In this document: in pieces, positions 16,135 to 25,254 of the stretch
Numbering within the stretch: the first letter of the stretch is position 1
Layout of the letters: each line of letters starts with the position of its first letter
Assembly (NCBI GenBank): GCA_019873645.1
Contig: JAIOAX010000022.1
Location: 20,599-84,598, forward strand
DNA length: 64,000 nucleotides
Direction of reading: 5' to 3'
Source of the DNA: Chloroflexota bacterium
Lineage (GTDB): Bacteria; Chloroflexota; Anaerolineae; B4-G1; SLSP01
Notes under the pieces: model-generated
Seen by the model: only the letters and a program-made list of their open reading frames with translations
What the model was told of the DNA's origin: nothing
Database searches by the model: none
Position numbers and translations under genes: made by a program

Positions 16135-17172
16135 ATGCACATTGTTTACACCGACCACCATCACGGGCACGCGACGGAAAATCTGATCATCAACGGGCAG
16201 CCCGTCGAATATCTGGAAACGCCGGCCCGCGCGGAAGCCATCCTGGCCGCCGTGCGGGCCGCGCATTTTGGCCCGATCATCCCCCCGACCGATCACGGCC
16301 TTGCGCCGCTTCTGGCCGCGCACACCCCGGACTTTGTGGACTACCTGCGCACGGCTTATGCACAAGGCGCGGCCTATTGTGGGACACCGTGCCCGGTGAT
16401 TGCCGCTCGCAGCGACGTGACTCTGGCGCGCGCGCCGTGCTGTCCCGATGACTTCCCCGGTCGGCGCGACTACTACACCTACGATTACGAAGACCCTATC
16501 CTCGAACATACCTGGGACGCGGCCTACTGGAGCGCCCAATGCGCGCTCACGGCCGCCGATTGTGTCCGCGACGGGGCACGCGTCGCTTACGCTCTGTGCC
16601 GTCCACCGGGACATCACGCCATGCCCGATCAGTACGGCGGCTTCTGCTACCTCAACAATGTCGCCATCGCCGCGCGTGACTTGCAGGCGGACGGCCCGGT
16701 CGCCATCCTGGACCTCGACTACCATCACGGCAACGGCACGCAGGCGATCTTCTATGCCGATCCGGCGGCGCTGTTCTGTTCGCTGCACGCTGATCCCGAC
16801 CTGGCCTATCCGTTCTTTTGGGGGCGCGCCGACGAACGCGGGGCCGGCGCAGGGTGGGGGCTGAATCACAACTGGCCGCTGCCGTTGCACATCGGCGAGG
16901 CGGAGTATCTGGCGGTATTGGATGAGGCCCTGCGCGTTATCGTGGACTTCGCGCCGCGCTACCTGCTTATCTCCCTGGGATTGGACGCGGCGGAAGGCGA
17001 CCTCATCGGCAAGTTCCACATTACTCCCCCGGGTTTCCACATCATCGGGCGACGGATTGCTGCGCTCGATCTCCCCACCGTCATTGTCCAGGAAGGCGGC
17101 TACCGCATCGAGACGCTCGGCGCAAATGCGGTCGCTTTCCTGCGGGCATTTGAAGAAACACCCGCAGTTTAG
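16135..17172 (+). CDS. Histone deacetylase-family (arginase/deacetylase superfamily) amidohydrolase
   Basis: The CRPPGHHA, GFCYLNNVAIA, DLDYHHGNGTQ and QEGGY motifs. Confidence 0.85.
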   Translation: MHIVYTDHHHGHATENLIINGQPVEYLETPARAEAILAAVRAAHFGPIIPPTDHGLAPLLAAHTPDFVDYLRTAYAQGAAYCGTPCPVIAARSDVTLARAPCCPDDFPGRRDYYTYDYEDPILEHTWDAAYWSAQCALTAADCVRDGARVAYALCRPPGHHAMPDQYGGFCYLNNVAIAARDLQADGPVAILDLDYHHGNGTQAIFYADPAALFCSLHADPDLAYPFFWGRADERGAGAGWGLNHNWPLPLHIGEAEYLAVLDEALRVIVDFAPRYLLISLGLDAAEGDLIGKFHITPPGFHIIGRRIAALDLPTVIVQEGGYRIETLGANAVAFLRAFEETPAV

Positions 17173-17262
17173 TTCCCAATCCTCCTACGATGTATCTTGC
17201 AAAATGCACCGGCTAGGCTAGAATGGGAAAACGTTGCAGGATGTTCTGGGACAAGAGACGCG

Positions 17263-18312
17263 ATGATTCACATTGACGGTTCCCACGGCGAGGGTGGAGG
17301 CCAAATCCTCCGCTCGGCTTTGACATTGGCGGCAATCACCGGTGCGGCGGTGCGCCTGGAGCACATCCGCGCCAACCGTGCCAAACCGGGATTGCGGCCG
17401 CAACACCTGACCGCCGTGCGCGCTGCGGCGATGATCTGCAACGCAGTTGTGGAGGGCGCCGAGCGCGATAGCCAGACGCTCACCTTCACACCGCAGACGC
17501 CACCGCAGGCCGGTACTTATGTCTTCGACGTGCGCGACGCGGCCGAAGGCGGCTCGGCCGGCGCGACGACGCTGGTTTTGCAGACGGTGCTGCTGCCGCT
17601 GGCGCTCGCCGATGGCCCTTCGCGGTTGATTTTGCGCGGCGGTACGGTCGTCCCGCTGAGTCCACCGACTCCCTACCTTGAACAGGTATTTTTGCCTGTG
17701 CTCTTCGAGATGGGTGTCCGCGTGCAACTGACCCATCGCGCGTGGGGCTTCTATCCGCAGGGCGGCGGCGAGTTGGAAGTGGAAATCGCAGGCCGTGCAA
17801 CCTTGCGCCCGCTGGATTTGACCGAACGTGGTGCACCGGAGCGGGTGGCAGGGCTGGCTTTCGTCGCCAAACTGCCATCGCATATCCCGCAGCGGATGAG
17901 CGACCGGGCGCGGGCAGTGTTGACGCAGGCCGGTCTGCCGCGGGTGTCCATTGAGCCACAGCACGTGCCCGCGCCGGGCGTCGGTGCGGGCATCTTTTTG
18001 ACGGTAGAGTACACCCAGTCGCGGGCCGGGTTTGTCGCGCTGGGGCGTCAGGGCTTGCCTTCGGAGCAGGTCGCCGAAATGGCTTGCCGCGAGTTGCTGG
18101 ACCATCATCGCAGTGGCGCGCCTGTAGACCCACACCTGGGCGACCAACTGGTCCTGCCGTTTGTGCTGGCGCGAGGTGTCTCGCGGGCGGCGGTGTCGCG
18201 CGTGACTCAACATCTGCTCACCAATGTCTGGGTCGCCGGGCATTTTGATCTGCCCCCGGCGCGGGTCATCGGCGAGGAAGGTCAACCGGGGATGCTGATT
18301 GTCGGCGAATGA
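17263..18312 (+). CDS. rtcA: RNA 3'-terminal phosphate cyclase
   Basis: MIHIDGSHGEGGGQILRSALTLAAITG..RANRAKPGLRPQHLTAV is the RtcA signature. The upstream 17197 start is less likely. Confidence 0.85.
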   Translation: MIHIDGSHGEGGGQILRSALTLAAITGAAVRLEHIRANRAKPGLRPQHLTAVRAAAMICNAVVEGAERDSQTLTFTPQTPPQAGTYVFDVRDAAEGGSAGATTLVLQTVLLPLALADGPSRLILRGGTVVPLSPPTPYLEQVFLPVLFEMGVRVQLTHRAWGFYPQGGGELEVEIAGRATLRPLDLTERGAPERVAGLAFVAKLPSHIPQRMSDRARAVLTQAGLPRVSIEPQHVPAPGVGAGIFLTVEYTQSRAGFVALGRQGLPSEQVAEMACRELLDHHRSGAPVDPHLGDQLVLPFVLARGVSRAAVSRVTQHLLTNVWVAGHFDLPPARVIGEEGQPGMLIVGE

Positions 18313-18337
18313 TTTGATCTGTGTGGTTAGTTTTTGT

Positions 18338-18410
18338 CAGCAGATTAAGCAGATGAAGCAGATTTTGGTGTTAATAAATAAAGAATCTGCTTAATCTGCT
18401 CAATCTGCTG
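18338..18410. repeat. CAGCAGATTAAGCAGAT-word long imperfect palindrome between rtcA and rnz
   Basis: The 27-nt arms 18338-18364 and 18384-18410 pair at 25 of 27 positions. The right arm AATCTGCTCAATCTGCTGATTG recurs upstream of the TPR gene, on the minus strand at 29875-29900. Confidence 0.65.
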
Positions 18411-18434
18411 ATTGAAATAGCGTATGGAGCTGGC

Positions 18435-19433
18435 ATGTTAGAACTGGTGATGTTGGGCACGGCGGCGTCGGCGCCTTCGATTCAACGTGGCTTGCCGGCG
18501 CAGGTCGTGCTGTGGCGCGATGAGCGTTTTCTGGTGGATTGCGGCGAGGGCACGCAGCGGCAGATTCTGCGCAGCGGGATCGGTTTTCGTCGTCTGCAGC
18601 GGGTGTTGCTCACCCACGGGCATCTCGATCACATTCTGGGCCTCGGCGGGTTGATTTCCACTTTTGCACGCTGGGAAGCCGTAGACAGGTTGGAAATCTA
18701 CGGCGGACGCTGGACGCTGGACCGCGTGGAAGATTTGCTCTTCGGGGTGGTGTTGCGCGGCGCACGGCCGCCTGTGCCGATTGATCTGATTGACGTCCGC
18801 CCCGGGCCGCTGCTTGAAAACGACGATTTCGAGGTCGTGGCGTTTCCGGTTGTGCATCGTGGGCCGGGTTGTTTCGGCTATCTGTTCCGCGAAAAGCCGC
18901 GCCGCCCGTTCCTGCCGGAAAAGGCTGAAGCCCTGGGCATCCCGGCCGGCCCAATTCGCCGCGACCTGGTCAACGGCAAGGCGGTGACATTGGCGGATGG
19001 GCGCGTCATCCGGCCTGATGAGGTATTGGGGCCGGATCGTCCCGGCGTATCTCTGGCGCTTGTCGGCGACATCGGGCAGATTGACGGGCTGGCCGAAAGT
19101 GTGCGTGGCGCCGATGTGCTGTTGTGCGAGGCCACATATCTGGAACGCGACGCCGATCTGGCGCGCCGTTTTGGACACCTCACGGCGGCGCAGGCCGCGC
19201 GGTTGGCGCAAGCCGCCGGTGTGCGCAAGCTGGCGCTCAACCATCTCTCGCAGCGCTATCGCGTTCGGGAAATCCTGGACGAGACTGCCCCGATTTTCGA
19301 GGATGTCGTGGTTGTCCGCGATTTCGACCGCTTTACCATCACCCGCGATAAGATTACGTTGACCAATGAGGAGCTGCAAGACGACGAAGCCTTGCTTGAG
19401 ACGCCGGAAATGGCAGATGTGACGATGGATTGA
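18435..19433 (+). CDS. rnz: Ribonuclease Z / MBL-fold RNase
   Basis: MLELVMLGTAASAPS..R, FLVDCGEGTQRQ and LLTHGHLDHILGLGGL. It has a C-terminal extension of about 30 aa. Confidence 0.8.
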   Translation: MLELVMLGTAASAPSIQRGLPAQVVLWRDERFLVDCGEGTQRQILRSGIGFRRLQRVLLTHGHLDHILGLGGLISTFARWEAVDRLEIYGGRWTLDRVEDLLFGVVLRGARPPVPIDLIDVRPGPLLENDDFEVVAFPVVHRGPGCFGYLFREKPRRPFLPEKAEALGIPAGPIRRDLVNGKAVTLADGRVIRPDEVLGPDRPGVSLALVGDIGQIDGLAESVRGADVLLCEATYLERDADLARRFGHLTAAQAARLAQAAGVRKLALNHLSQRYRVREILDETAPIFEDVVVVRDFDRFTITRDKITLTNEELQDDEALLETPEMADVTMD

Positions 19434-19443
19434 GACCCGGGGT

Positions 19444-19490
19444 GGCGCGGTCAGAGACCGGCCACAGCTTGCTCAGGCCGTGACCGTGCC
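19444..19490. repeat. Degenerate copy of the GGCCGGTCTC-core hairpin element
   Basis: GGCGCGGTCAGAGACCGGCC followed by the decayed arm GCTCAGGCCGTGACCGTGCC, 11 nt after the rnz stop. Confidence 0.5.
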
Positions 19491-19541
19491 TGCTGGAGGT
19501 GTTTTAACAATTTATCCCCTACCCACAGGGACATTTAGCGC

Positions 19542-19570
19542 TTGACAAAGCGGCTTTATCTTTCTAATAT
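19542..19570 (+). promoter_or_regulatory. Sigma70-type promoter for the BMP ABC operon
   Basis: TTGACA (19542-19547), an exactly 17-nt spacer, then TAATAT (19565-19570). This implies a leader of about 240 nt. Confidence 0.55.
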
Positions 19571-19817
19571 GGTGAATAAATTTCCCGGCAACGACAAACC
19601 TGACGGCGGTACAACCATTTATTGACGGATTGAACGGGTTTTTAACTTGTCTCTGGGAGCGGTAACCTGAGTCGGTGCTTACGCCATCATTAACGTTCCA
19701 ACGTGCAAACGTGCAAACGAATTTTCAAGGGAGGTGGATAGCGATAAATGTAGTCAAAAAAACACTTGTTCAATTTCCCGGTCTGTTATTTTTGAAACTA
19801 GAAGGAGGAAATGGACT

Positions 19818-20924
19818 ATGAAACGGAATCTGTGGAAACTCATGGCGTTGTTGTTGATCGTTACCCTGCTGTTGCCTGCGTGCGGCGGCAAGGGAGGGGC
19901 CTCAAAGACTGGCAAGCCCTTCAAGGTTGCTTTCGTCTACATCGGCCCGCCCGGCGACCTGGGGTGGACCTACGAGCACGACCGGGGCCGCAAGATGCTC
20001 CAGGAACACTTCGGAGATAAGGTCGAGACCACTTACATCGAGAACGTCGCCGAAGGCCCCGATGCGGCGCGGGTGATCCGCCAGTATGCCCAGGAAGGCT
20101 ACGATATGATCTTCGCCACCTCCTATGGGTATATGGATTACATGTACGAAGTGGCGCAGGAATTCCCGAAGGTCAAATTTGAGCATTGCTCCGGCTACAA
20201 GACGCTAGACAATATGGCGAACTACTTTGGGCGGATCGAGCAGCCGCGTTATCTCTCCGGCATTGTCGCCGGCAAGATGACCAAGAACGGTAACATCGGC
20301 TACGTGGCGGCGTTCCCTATCCCCGAAGTGGTGCGCGGGATCAATGCCTTCACGCTGGGGGTGCGCTCGGTGAACCCGAATGCAAAGGTGACTGTGGTGT
20401 GGACCAACACCTGGTACGACCCGGTGAAGGAACGCGAGGCCGCTGTGGCACTGCTGGACGCCGGTGCGGACATCATCGCACAGCACCAGGATACCACCGA
20501 GCCGCAGAAGGCCGCGCAGGAACGCGGTGCGTTGAGCATCGGCTATGACTCCGACATGCGCGCGTTCGTCGGCGATACGGTACTCACCAGTCCGATCTGG
20601 AACTGGGGGCAGTATTACATCCAGACGGTGCAGGATGCTATGGACGGCAAGTGGAAGTCGCATGCCTATTGGGGCGGCATGGCCGATGATGTCGTCCGGC
20701 TGGCCGATTTCAGCCCTAAGGTACCGCAGGACGTGCGCGACCTTGTCGAGGCGGCCAAGAAGGAAATCCTGAAGAACAAGGACAAGGAATTCGTATTCTG
20801 CGGGCCGATCAAGGACCAGGCCGGCAATCAGGTGGTAGCCGCCGGCGAGTGTTTGAGCGACGAAGCGCAGTTGAGCATGCAATTCTTCGTCGAGGGTGTC
20901 GTCGGGACGATTCCTAGCCAGTAA
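19818..20924 (+). CDS. BMP-family (PnrA/Med-like) ABC transporter substrate-binding lipoprotein
   Basis: Lipoprotein signal MKRNLWKLMALLLIVTLLLPACGG. SD AGGAGGA sits 7 nt upstream. BMP pattern FKVAFVYIGPPGDLGWTYEHD..., GYVAAFPIPEV. Confidence 0.85.
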   Translation: MKRNLWKLMALLLIVTLLLPACGGKGGASKTGKPFKVAFVYIGPPGDLGWTYEHDRGRKMLQEHFGDKVETTYIENVAEGPDAARVIRQYAQEGYDMIFATSYGYMDYMYEVAQEFPKVKFEHCSGYKTLDNMANYFGRIEQPRYLSGIVAGKMTKNGNIGYVAAFPIPEVVRGINAFTLGVRSVNPNAKVTVVWTNTWYDPVKEREAAVALLDAGADIIAQHQDTTEPQKAAQERGALSIGYDSDMRAFVGDTVLTSPIWNWGQYYIQTVQDAMDGKWKSHAYWGGMADDVVRLADFSPKVPQDVRDLVEAAKKEILKNKDKEFVFCGPIKDQAGNQVVAAGECLSDEAQLSMQFFVEGVVGTIPSQ

Positions 20925-20939
20925 AGCGGCAGGAAGCAA

Positions 20940-20979
20940 GGGGCATGATGCGTGATTCACATCTCACGCATCATGCCCC
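20940..20979 (+). promoter_or_regulatory. Intercistronic stem-loop between the SBP and ATPase genes
   Basis: GGGGCATGATGCGTGA / TCACGCATCATGCCCC form a 16-bp perfect stem with an 8-nt loop. This is the typical position for mRNA-stabilising hairpins after SBP genes. Confidence 0.55.
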
Positions 20980-20992
20980 ATGGATCAAGAAG

Positions 20993-22531
20993 ATGCTGAT
21001 GAGCGAGCCGACAACCTCATCTCCTATTCTGGAAATGCGCGGCATCACCAAACGGTTCCCCGGTGTGCTGGCGAACGACCACGCCGATTTGGAACTTTAC
21101 CCCGGCGAGGTATTGGCGCTGCTCGGCGAAAACGGCGCCGGTAAAACCACGCTTATGAACGTCCTTGTGGGTCTCTACCGGCCTGATGAGGGTGAAATCT
21201 TCGTGCATGGGCAGCGTGTTGAGATTCACTCGCCCCGCGACGCGGCAGCGCTGGGGATTGGTATGGTGCACCAGAACTTTATGCTTGTCCCGACCATGAC
21301 GGTTGCCGAAAACATCGTCTTAGGGATGAGCAACCTGCCTTTTGTGCCGCGAATGGCTGAGATAGCGCGGCGTATCCGCGCTATCTCCCAACGTTACAAC
21401 CTCGAAGTGGACCCCAATGCCTACATCTGGCAGTTGAGCGTGGGCGAGCAGCAACGTGTGGAAATCCTCAAGTTGTTGTATCGCGGCGCGGAAATCCTGA
21501 TTTTGGACGAACCGACCGCCGTCTTGACACCGCAGGAATCCCACGAGTTGGGGCGCATCCTCAAGCGTATGACCGACGAAGGCAAATCCGCCGTCTTTAT
21601 CACCCATAAGATGGAAGAGGTGATGGAGTTTTCGCAGTGGGTACGGGTGATGCGGGCAGGGCGGGTCGTCGCCGTCAAAAAGACGGCCGAGACCAACCCG
21701 CAAGAGCTGGCACGGTTGATGGTGGGGCGTGAGGTGTTGTTCCGCCTGGAAAAGAACGTCTGCACGCCGGGCGATGTGGTGCTCGAACTGCGCGATGTCC
21801 ACGCGGAGAACGACAAGGGGTTGCCGGCGTTGCGCGGTGTGTCCTTTACGATCCACGGTGGTGAAATTCTGGGCATTGCTGGGGTGGCCGGCAACGGGCA
21901 ACGCGAGCTGGTTGAAGTTATCACCGGCCTGCGTAAGGCCACGCGGGGCAAAGTGCTCATCAACGGTGAAGACCGCACGAACAAGCCGCCGCTGGACATC
22001 ATCCGTTCTGGGGTCAGCCATATTCCCGCTGACCGCATTGGCATGGGCGCAGTGGCCGATATGGCCGTCGCGGACAATATCGCCATGAAAGGTTATCGCC
22101 AGCCGCCGTTGACAGATCATGGCATCTTGCATCCCCGGCGCATCCTGGAGTTGGCGCAGCGGATGATCACTGCCTTTCGTATTGCGACGCCCACGCCGCA
22201 GACGCACATTAAGTTCCTCTCCGGCGGCAACATCCAGAAGGTCATCCTGGCGCGCGAAATTGAAGCCTGCGCCGGGCTACTGGTGGCGGCTTATCCCTCG
22301 CGCGGCCTGGATGTAGGCGCGACCGAGGCGGTGCGGCGGCGACTGCTGGAACAGCGCGACGCCGGGCGCGCCGTGCTGCTGGTCTCCGAGGATTTAGAGG
22401 AATTGTTGACCATTGCAGATCGCATCGCCGTGCTGTTCGAGGGGCGCGTGATGGGCATCCTTCCCGCCGCTACCGCCGACATCGAAACCCTGGGACTGAT
22501 GATGGCCGGGGCGCAGGAGGTTGGGGAGTAG
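20993..22531 (+). CDS. ABC transporter ATP-binding protein with duplicated ATPase domains
   Basis: Walker A GENGAGKTT, signature LSVGEQQRVEI and Walker B ILILDEP. The second domain has GVAGNGQ and LSGGNIQKV. I place the start after the hairpin, at ATG 20993. Confidence 0.85.
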   Translation: MLMSEPTTSSPILEMRGITKRFPGVLANDHADLELYPGEVLALLGENGAGKTTLMNVLVGLYRPDEGEIFVHGQRVEIHSPRDAAALGIGMVHQNFMLVPTMTVAENIVLGMSNLPFVPRMAEIARRIRAISQRYNLEVDPNAYIWQLSVGEQQRVEILKLLYRGAEILILDEPTAVLTPQESHELGRILKRMTDEGKSAVFITHKMEEVMEFSQWVRVMRAGRVVAVKKTAETNPQELARLMVGREVLFRLEKNVCTPGDVVLELRDVHAENDKGLPALRGVSFTIHGGEILGIAGVAGNGQRELVEVITGLRKATRGKVLINGEDRTNKPPLDIIRSGVSHIPADRIGMGAVADMAVADNIAMKGYRQPPLTDHGILHPRRILELAQRMITAFRIATPTPQTHIKFLSGGNIQKVILAREIEACAGLLVAAYPSRGLDVGATEAVRRRLLEQRDAGRAVLLVSEDLEELLTIADRIAVLFEGRVMGILPAATADIETLGLMMAGAQEVGE

Positions 22532-22622
22532 GGATTGGGGAATAGGGAATAGGGATTAGGGATTGGGGAATTAGGGGATTGGGAGATTGGCTGATCGCTG
22601 ATCGCTGAGGGCCGAGGGCTTT
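22532..22622. repeat. GGGATTGGGGAATAGGG / CTGATCGCTGA word repeats
   Basis: Degenerate tandem words fill the whole ATPase-permease intergenic region. Confidence 0.7.
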
Positions 22623-23708
22623 ATGCGCATCGTTTTTGAAAAACGAGAAACTGTATCCCGCCGGGCGATGGTGCTGGTGCCGGTCGTTTCGTTTGTCGCG
22701 TCGCTGATTTTTGGGGCGATTCTGCTGGCCGTTTCGGGTGCGAATCCCTTCGTCACTTACGCGGCGATGGCGAAGGGGGCGTTCGGTTCGTGGTATGGCG
22801 TCACCGAAACGCTGGTCAAGGCCATCCCGCTGATGTTGACCGGCCTGGCGGTTTCCGTCGCCTTTCGCATGCGCTTCTGGAACATCGGCGCGGAGGGGCA
22901 ACTGACGCTCGGCGGCGTGGCGGCGGCCGGCGTGGCGTTGTACTGGTCGCAGGGGCTGCCCGGCTGGACGGTGTTGCCGTTGGCGCTGCTGATGGGGATC
23001 ATCGCCGGCGCGGTCTGGTCCGGGGTGCCGGCGTTGCTCAAGGCCTATCTCAAAGTGGATGAGACGTTGACAACATTGATGCTCAACTACGTCGCCATTC
23101 TCTACTCCGAGCACCTGATTTATATCGCCTGGCGCGCGCCGGGCTACAATTCCGGCACGGCCAAATTCCCCGAATCGGCCTGGCTGCCGCAGATTGCCGG
23201 GCGGGCCAATTTGGGACTTATCTTTGCCATTCTTCTGGCCTTATTGTTGTGGTTCGTGTTCAAATACACCCGTTGGGGTTTCGAGCTGAAGATCATCGGC
23301 GAAAATCAGACGGCGGCGCGTTACCTGGGCATTGACATTGCCCGCAATATCGTGCTGGCGCTGCTGCTCTCCGGCGCGTTGAGCGGACTGGCAGGCGCCT
23401 GTGAGGTGCTGGGCCTGTCGCGCCGTCTGCAACAGGGGCTGTCGGTGGGCTACGGCTATACCGCGATCATCGTCGCATGGATGGCGCAGCTTAATCCCAT
23501 CATAATCTTGTTTGTGGCGATTTTGATGGCGGCCCTGCTTGTCGGTGGCGACCAAATCCAGATGAAAATGCGCCTCCCGGCTTCGGTGGGGCTGGTGCTT
23601 CAGGGAATGATCCTGATCCCCATGCTGGCCGGGACGATCTTCACCGAGTATCGTGTACGCATTGTGCGCCATGAAACGCATCTGTTGACGGAAAAGAAGC
23701 ATGATTGA
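22623..23708 (+). CDS. ABC transporter permease (BMP-type system)
   Basis: Multi-TM protein in an operon with the ATPase. Motifs FWNIGAEGQL and GYGYTAIIVAW. Confidence 0.8.
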   Translation: MRIVFEKRETVSRRAMVLVPVVSFVASLIFGAILLAVSGANPFVTYAAMAKGAFGSWYGVTETLVKAIPLMLTGLAVSVAFRMRFWNIGAEGQLTLGGVAAAGVALYWSQGLPGWTVLPLALLMGIIAGAVWSGVPALLKAYLKVDETLTTLMLNYVAILYSEHLIYIAWRAPGYNSGTAKFPESAWLPQIAGRANLGLIFAILLALLLWFVFKYTRWGFELKIIGENQTAARYLGIDIARNIVLALLLSGALSGLAGACEVLGLSRRLQQGLSVGYGYTAIIVAWMAQLNPIIILFVAILMAALLVGGDQIQMKMRLPASVGLVLQGMILIPMLAGTIFTEYRVRIVRHETHLLTEKKHD

Positions 23709-24663
23709 GTTTTTCGCATTATTGACGCAACTCCTGAGCACGACATTACGCGCCGGCACCTCGTTGATTTACGCGACGGTAGGCGAAATCTATACCGAAC
23801 GCTCCGGCATCCTTAACTTGGGGCTGGAGGGGATGATGTTGACCGGCGCGGTCACGGCCTTTGCGACGGTCTATCATACCCAAAACCTGTGGCTTGGCGT
23901 ACTGGTTGCCACCCTGGTGGGGATGCTCATGGCAACCATCCACGCTTTCCTCACCGTGACGATGCGCGCCAATCAGGTCGTCAGCGGATTGAGCATCACG
24001 CTGTTTGGACGCGGCCTGGCGAGTTTCCTGGGAGAGCGACTGGGGCCGGCCTCCAACGGCGGGAGTCTTGTCGGTATGCGGGGGCCGCGCTTCAGCGTCA
24101 TCGAAATCCCTGGACTCAGTCAACTGCCGGTGGTGGGCGCGCTTTTTGAACAGGATGTCCTGACTTACCTGCTATATATCCTTATTCCACTGGCAACGTT
24201 TTATCTGTATAAGACCCGCAACGGCCTTAACCTGCGCGCTGTCGGCGAAGACCCGCAGACGGCGGATGCGGCCGGGATTGATGTACCCAGGACGCGCTAT
24301 CTGTATACGATCCTCGGCGGGGCGCTGGCAGGTTTTGGCGGCGCGCATCTGTCGTTGGCTTATGTGCCCGGCTGGACGGAGAACATCACCGGCGGACGGG
24401 GCTGGATTGCCATCGCGCTCGTGATCTTCGCCATGTGGAATCCCGCGCGCGCTGTCCTGGGGGCGATTCTCTTCGGCGGCATCAACGCCGTGCAGTTCCG
24501 CCTGCAAGCCAGCGGTACGACCATCCCCGCAGCGTACCTGAATATGCTGCCTTATCTGACGACGATTCTGGTGCTGGTGGTGATGACATGGTGGGAGAAC
24601 CTCAGCCACCGCGTCGGCGCGCCGGCGGCGTTGGGGAAGGCCTACATGCGGGAGGAGAAGTAA
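23701..24663 (+). CDS. ABC transporter permease (second subunit)
   Basis: Overlaps the previous gene by 8 nt. Multi-TM with ERSGILNLGLEGMM and GRGWIAIALVIF. Confidence 0.8.
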   Translation: MIEFFALLTQLLSTTLRAGTSLIYATVGEIYTERSGILNLGLEGMMLTGAVTAFATVYHTQNLWLGVLVATLVGMLMATIHAFLTVTMRANQVVSGLSITLFGRGLASFLGERLGPASNGGSLVGMRGPRFSVIEIPGLSQLPVVGALFEQDVLTYLLYILIPLATFYLYKTRNGLNLRAVGEDPQTADAAGIDVPRTRYLYTILGGALAGFGGAHLSLAYVPGWTENITGGRGWIAIALVIFAMWNPARAVLGAILFGGINAVQFRLQASGTTIPAAYLNMLPYLTTILVLVVMTWWENLSHRVGAPAALGKAYMREEK

Positions 24664-24703
24664 CCAGCAACCAGCAACCAGTAACCGGTCATGGGGAAAC
24701 AGG

Positions 24704-25180
24704 ATGGATGCCATTAGAGAGGATTGGAAAGTACAGGGAACGTCGCGGCTGTGTTTTGTGTGCGGGCGCGAGAACCCCGTGGGGCTGCATTTGCGCTTCT
24801 ATGAGGACCCGGAGACCCATCAGGTAATCGCGCCGTTGAATATCCCGGCGCAGTACCAGGGGTATCCGGGGGTTGTCCACGGGGGCATTCTGGCTACTAT
24901 CCTCGATGAGACGACCGGGCGCGCCATCAACATCGGGCGGGACGAAGAACAGTTCTGGGTCACGGCGAAACTGGAACTGCGCTACCGTCATCCCACGCCC
25001 ACCGAAACCCCGCTGCTCGCGGTTGGGTGGGTGGTGCGGCTCCGTTCGCGAGCGGCGGAGGTCGCCGGCGAGATTCGCCTGCCCGACGGCACTGTCACCG
25101 CCGAAGCCACGGCCCTCGTTGTATGCCCTACCGGAGAAACGCTCAAAGCCTGGGAAGAGGAACGCAAGTATTGGGGATGA
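24704..25180 (+). CDS. PaaI-family hotdog-fold thioesterase
   Basis: CFVCGRENPVGLHLRF and GYPGVVHGGILATILDETTG. Confidence 0.75.
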   Translation: MDAIREDWKVQGTSRLCFVCGRENPVGLHLRFYEDPETHQVIAPLNIPAQYQGYPGVVHGGILATILDETTGRAINIGRDEEQFWVTAKLELRYRHPTPTETPLLAVGWVVRLRSRAAEVAGEIRLPDGTVTAEATALVVCPTGETLKAWEEERKYWG

Positions 25181-25254
25181 GGGTTATGGGGTGAGGGTTG
25201 TGGGGGATTCGCCATTCACCCATTCTCTGATTCGCTGATTCGCTGGAGGTGCGT

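Noticed and set aside
16117-18285. Long minus-strand ORFs (16117-17040, 17218-18285, 17486-18133) opposite the HDAC-family gene and rtcA
   Set aside because: Both plus-strand genes carry diagnostic motifs. The antisense ORFs are R/P/G-rich shadows.
18438-22207. Minus-strand ORFs 18438-19379, 20205-20960 and 21320-22207
   Set aside because: They lie antisense to rnz, the BMP lipoprotein gene and the ABC ATPase gene respectively, with no independent support.
22532-22622. Possible CRISPR arrays among the repetitive intergenic regions (for example 8146-8330, 9669-9735, 16091-16131, 22532-22622)
   Set aside because: The repeats are 8-12 nt degenerate words in direct tandem, without unique 30-40 nt spacers between constant 25-40 nt repeats. 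This is not CRISPR architecture.
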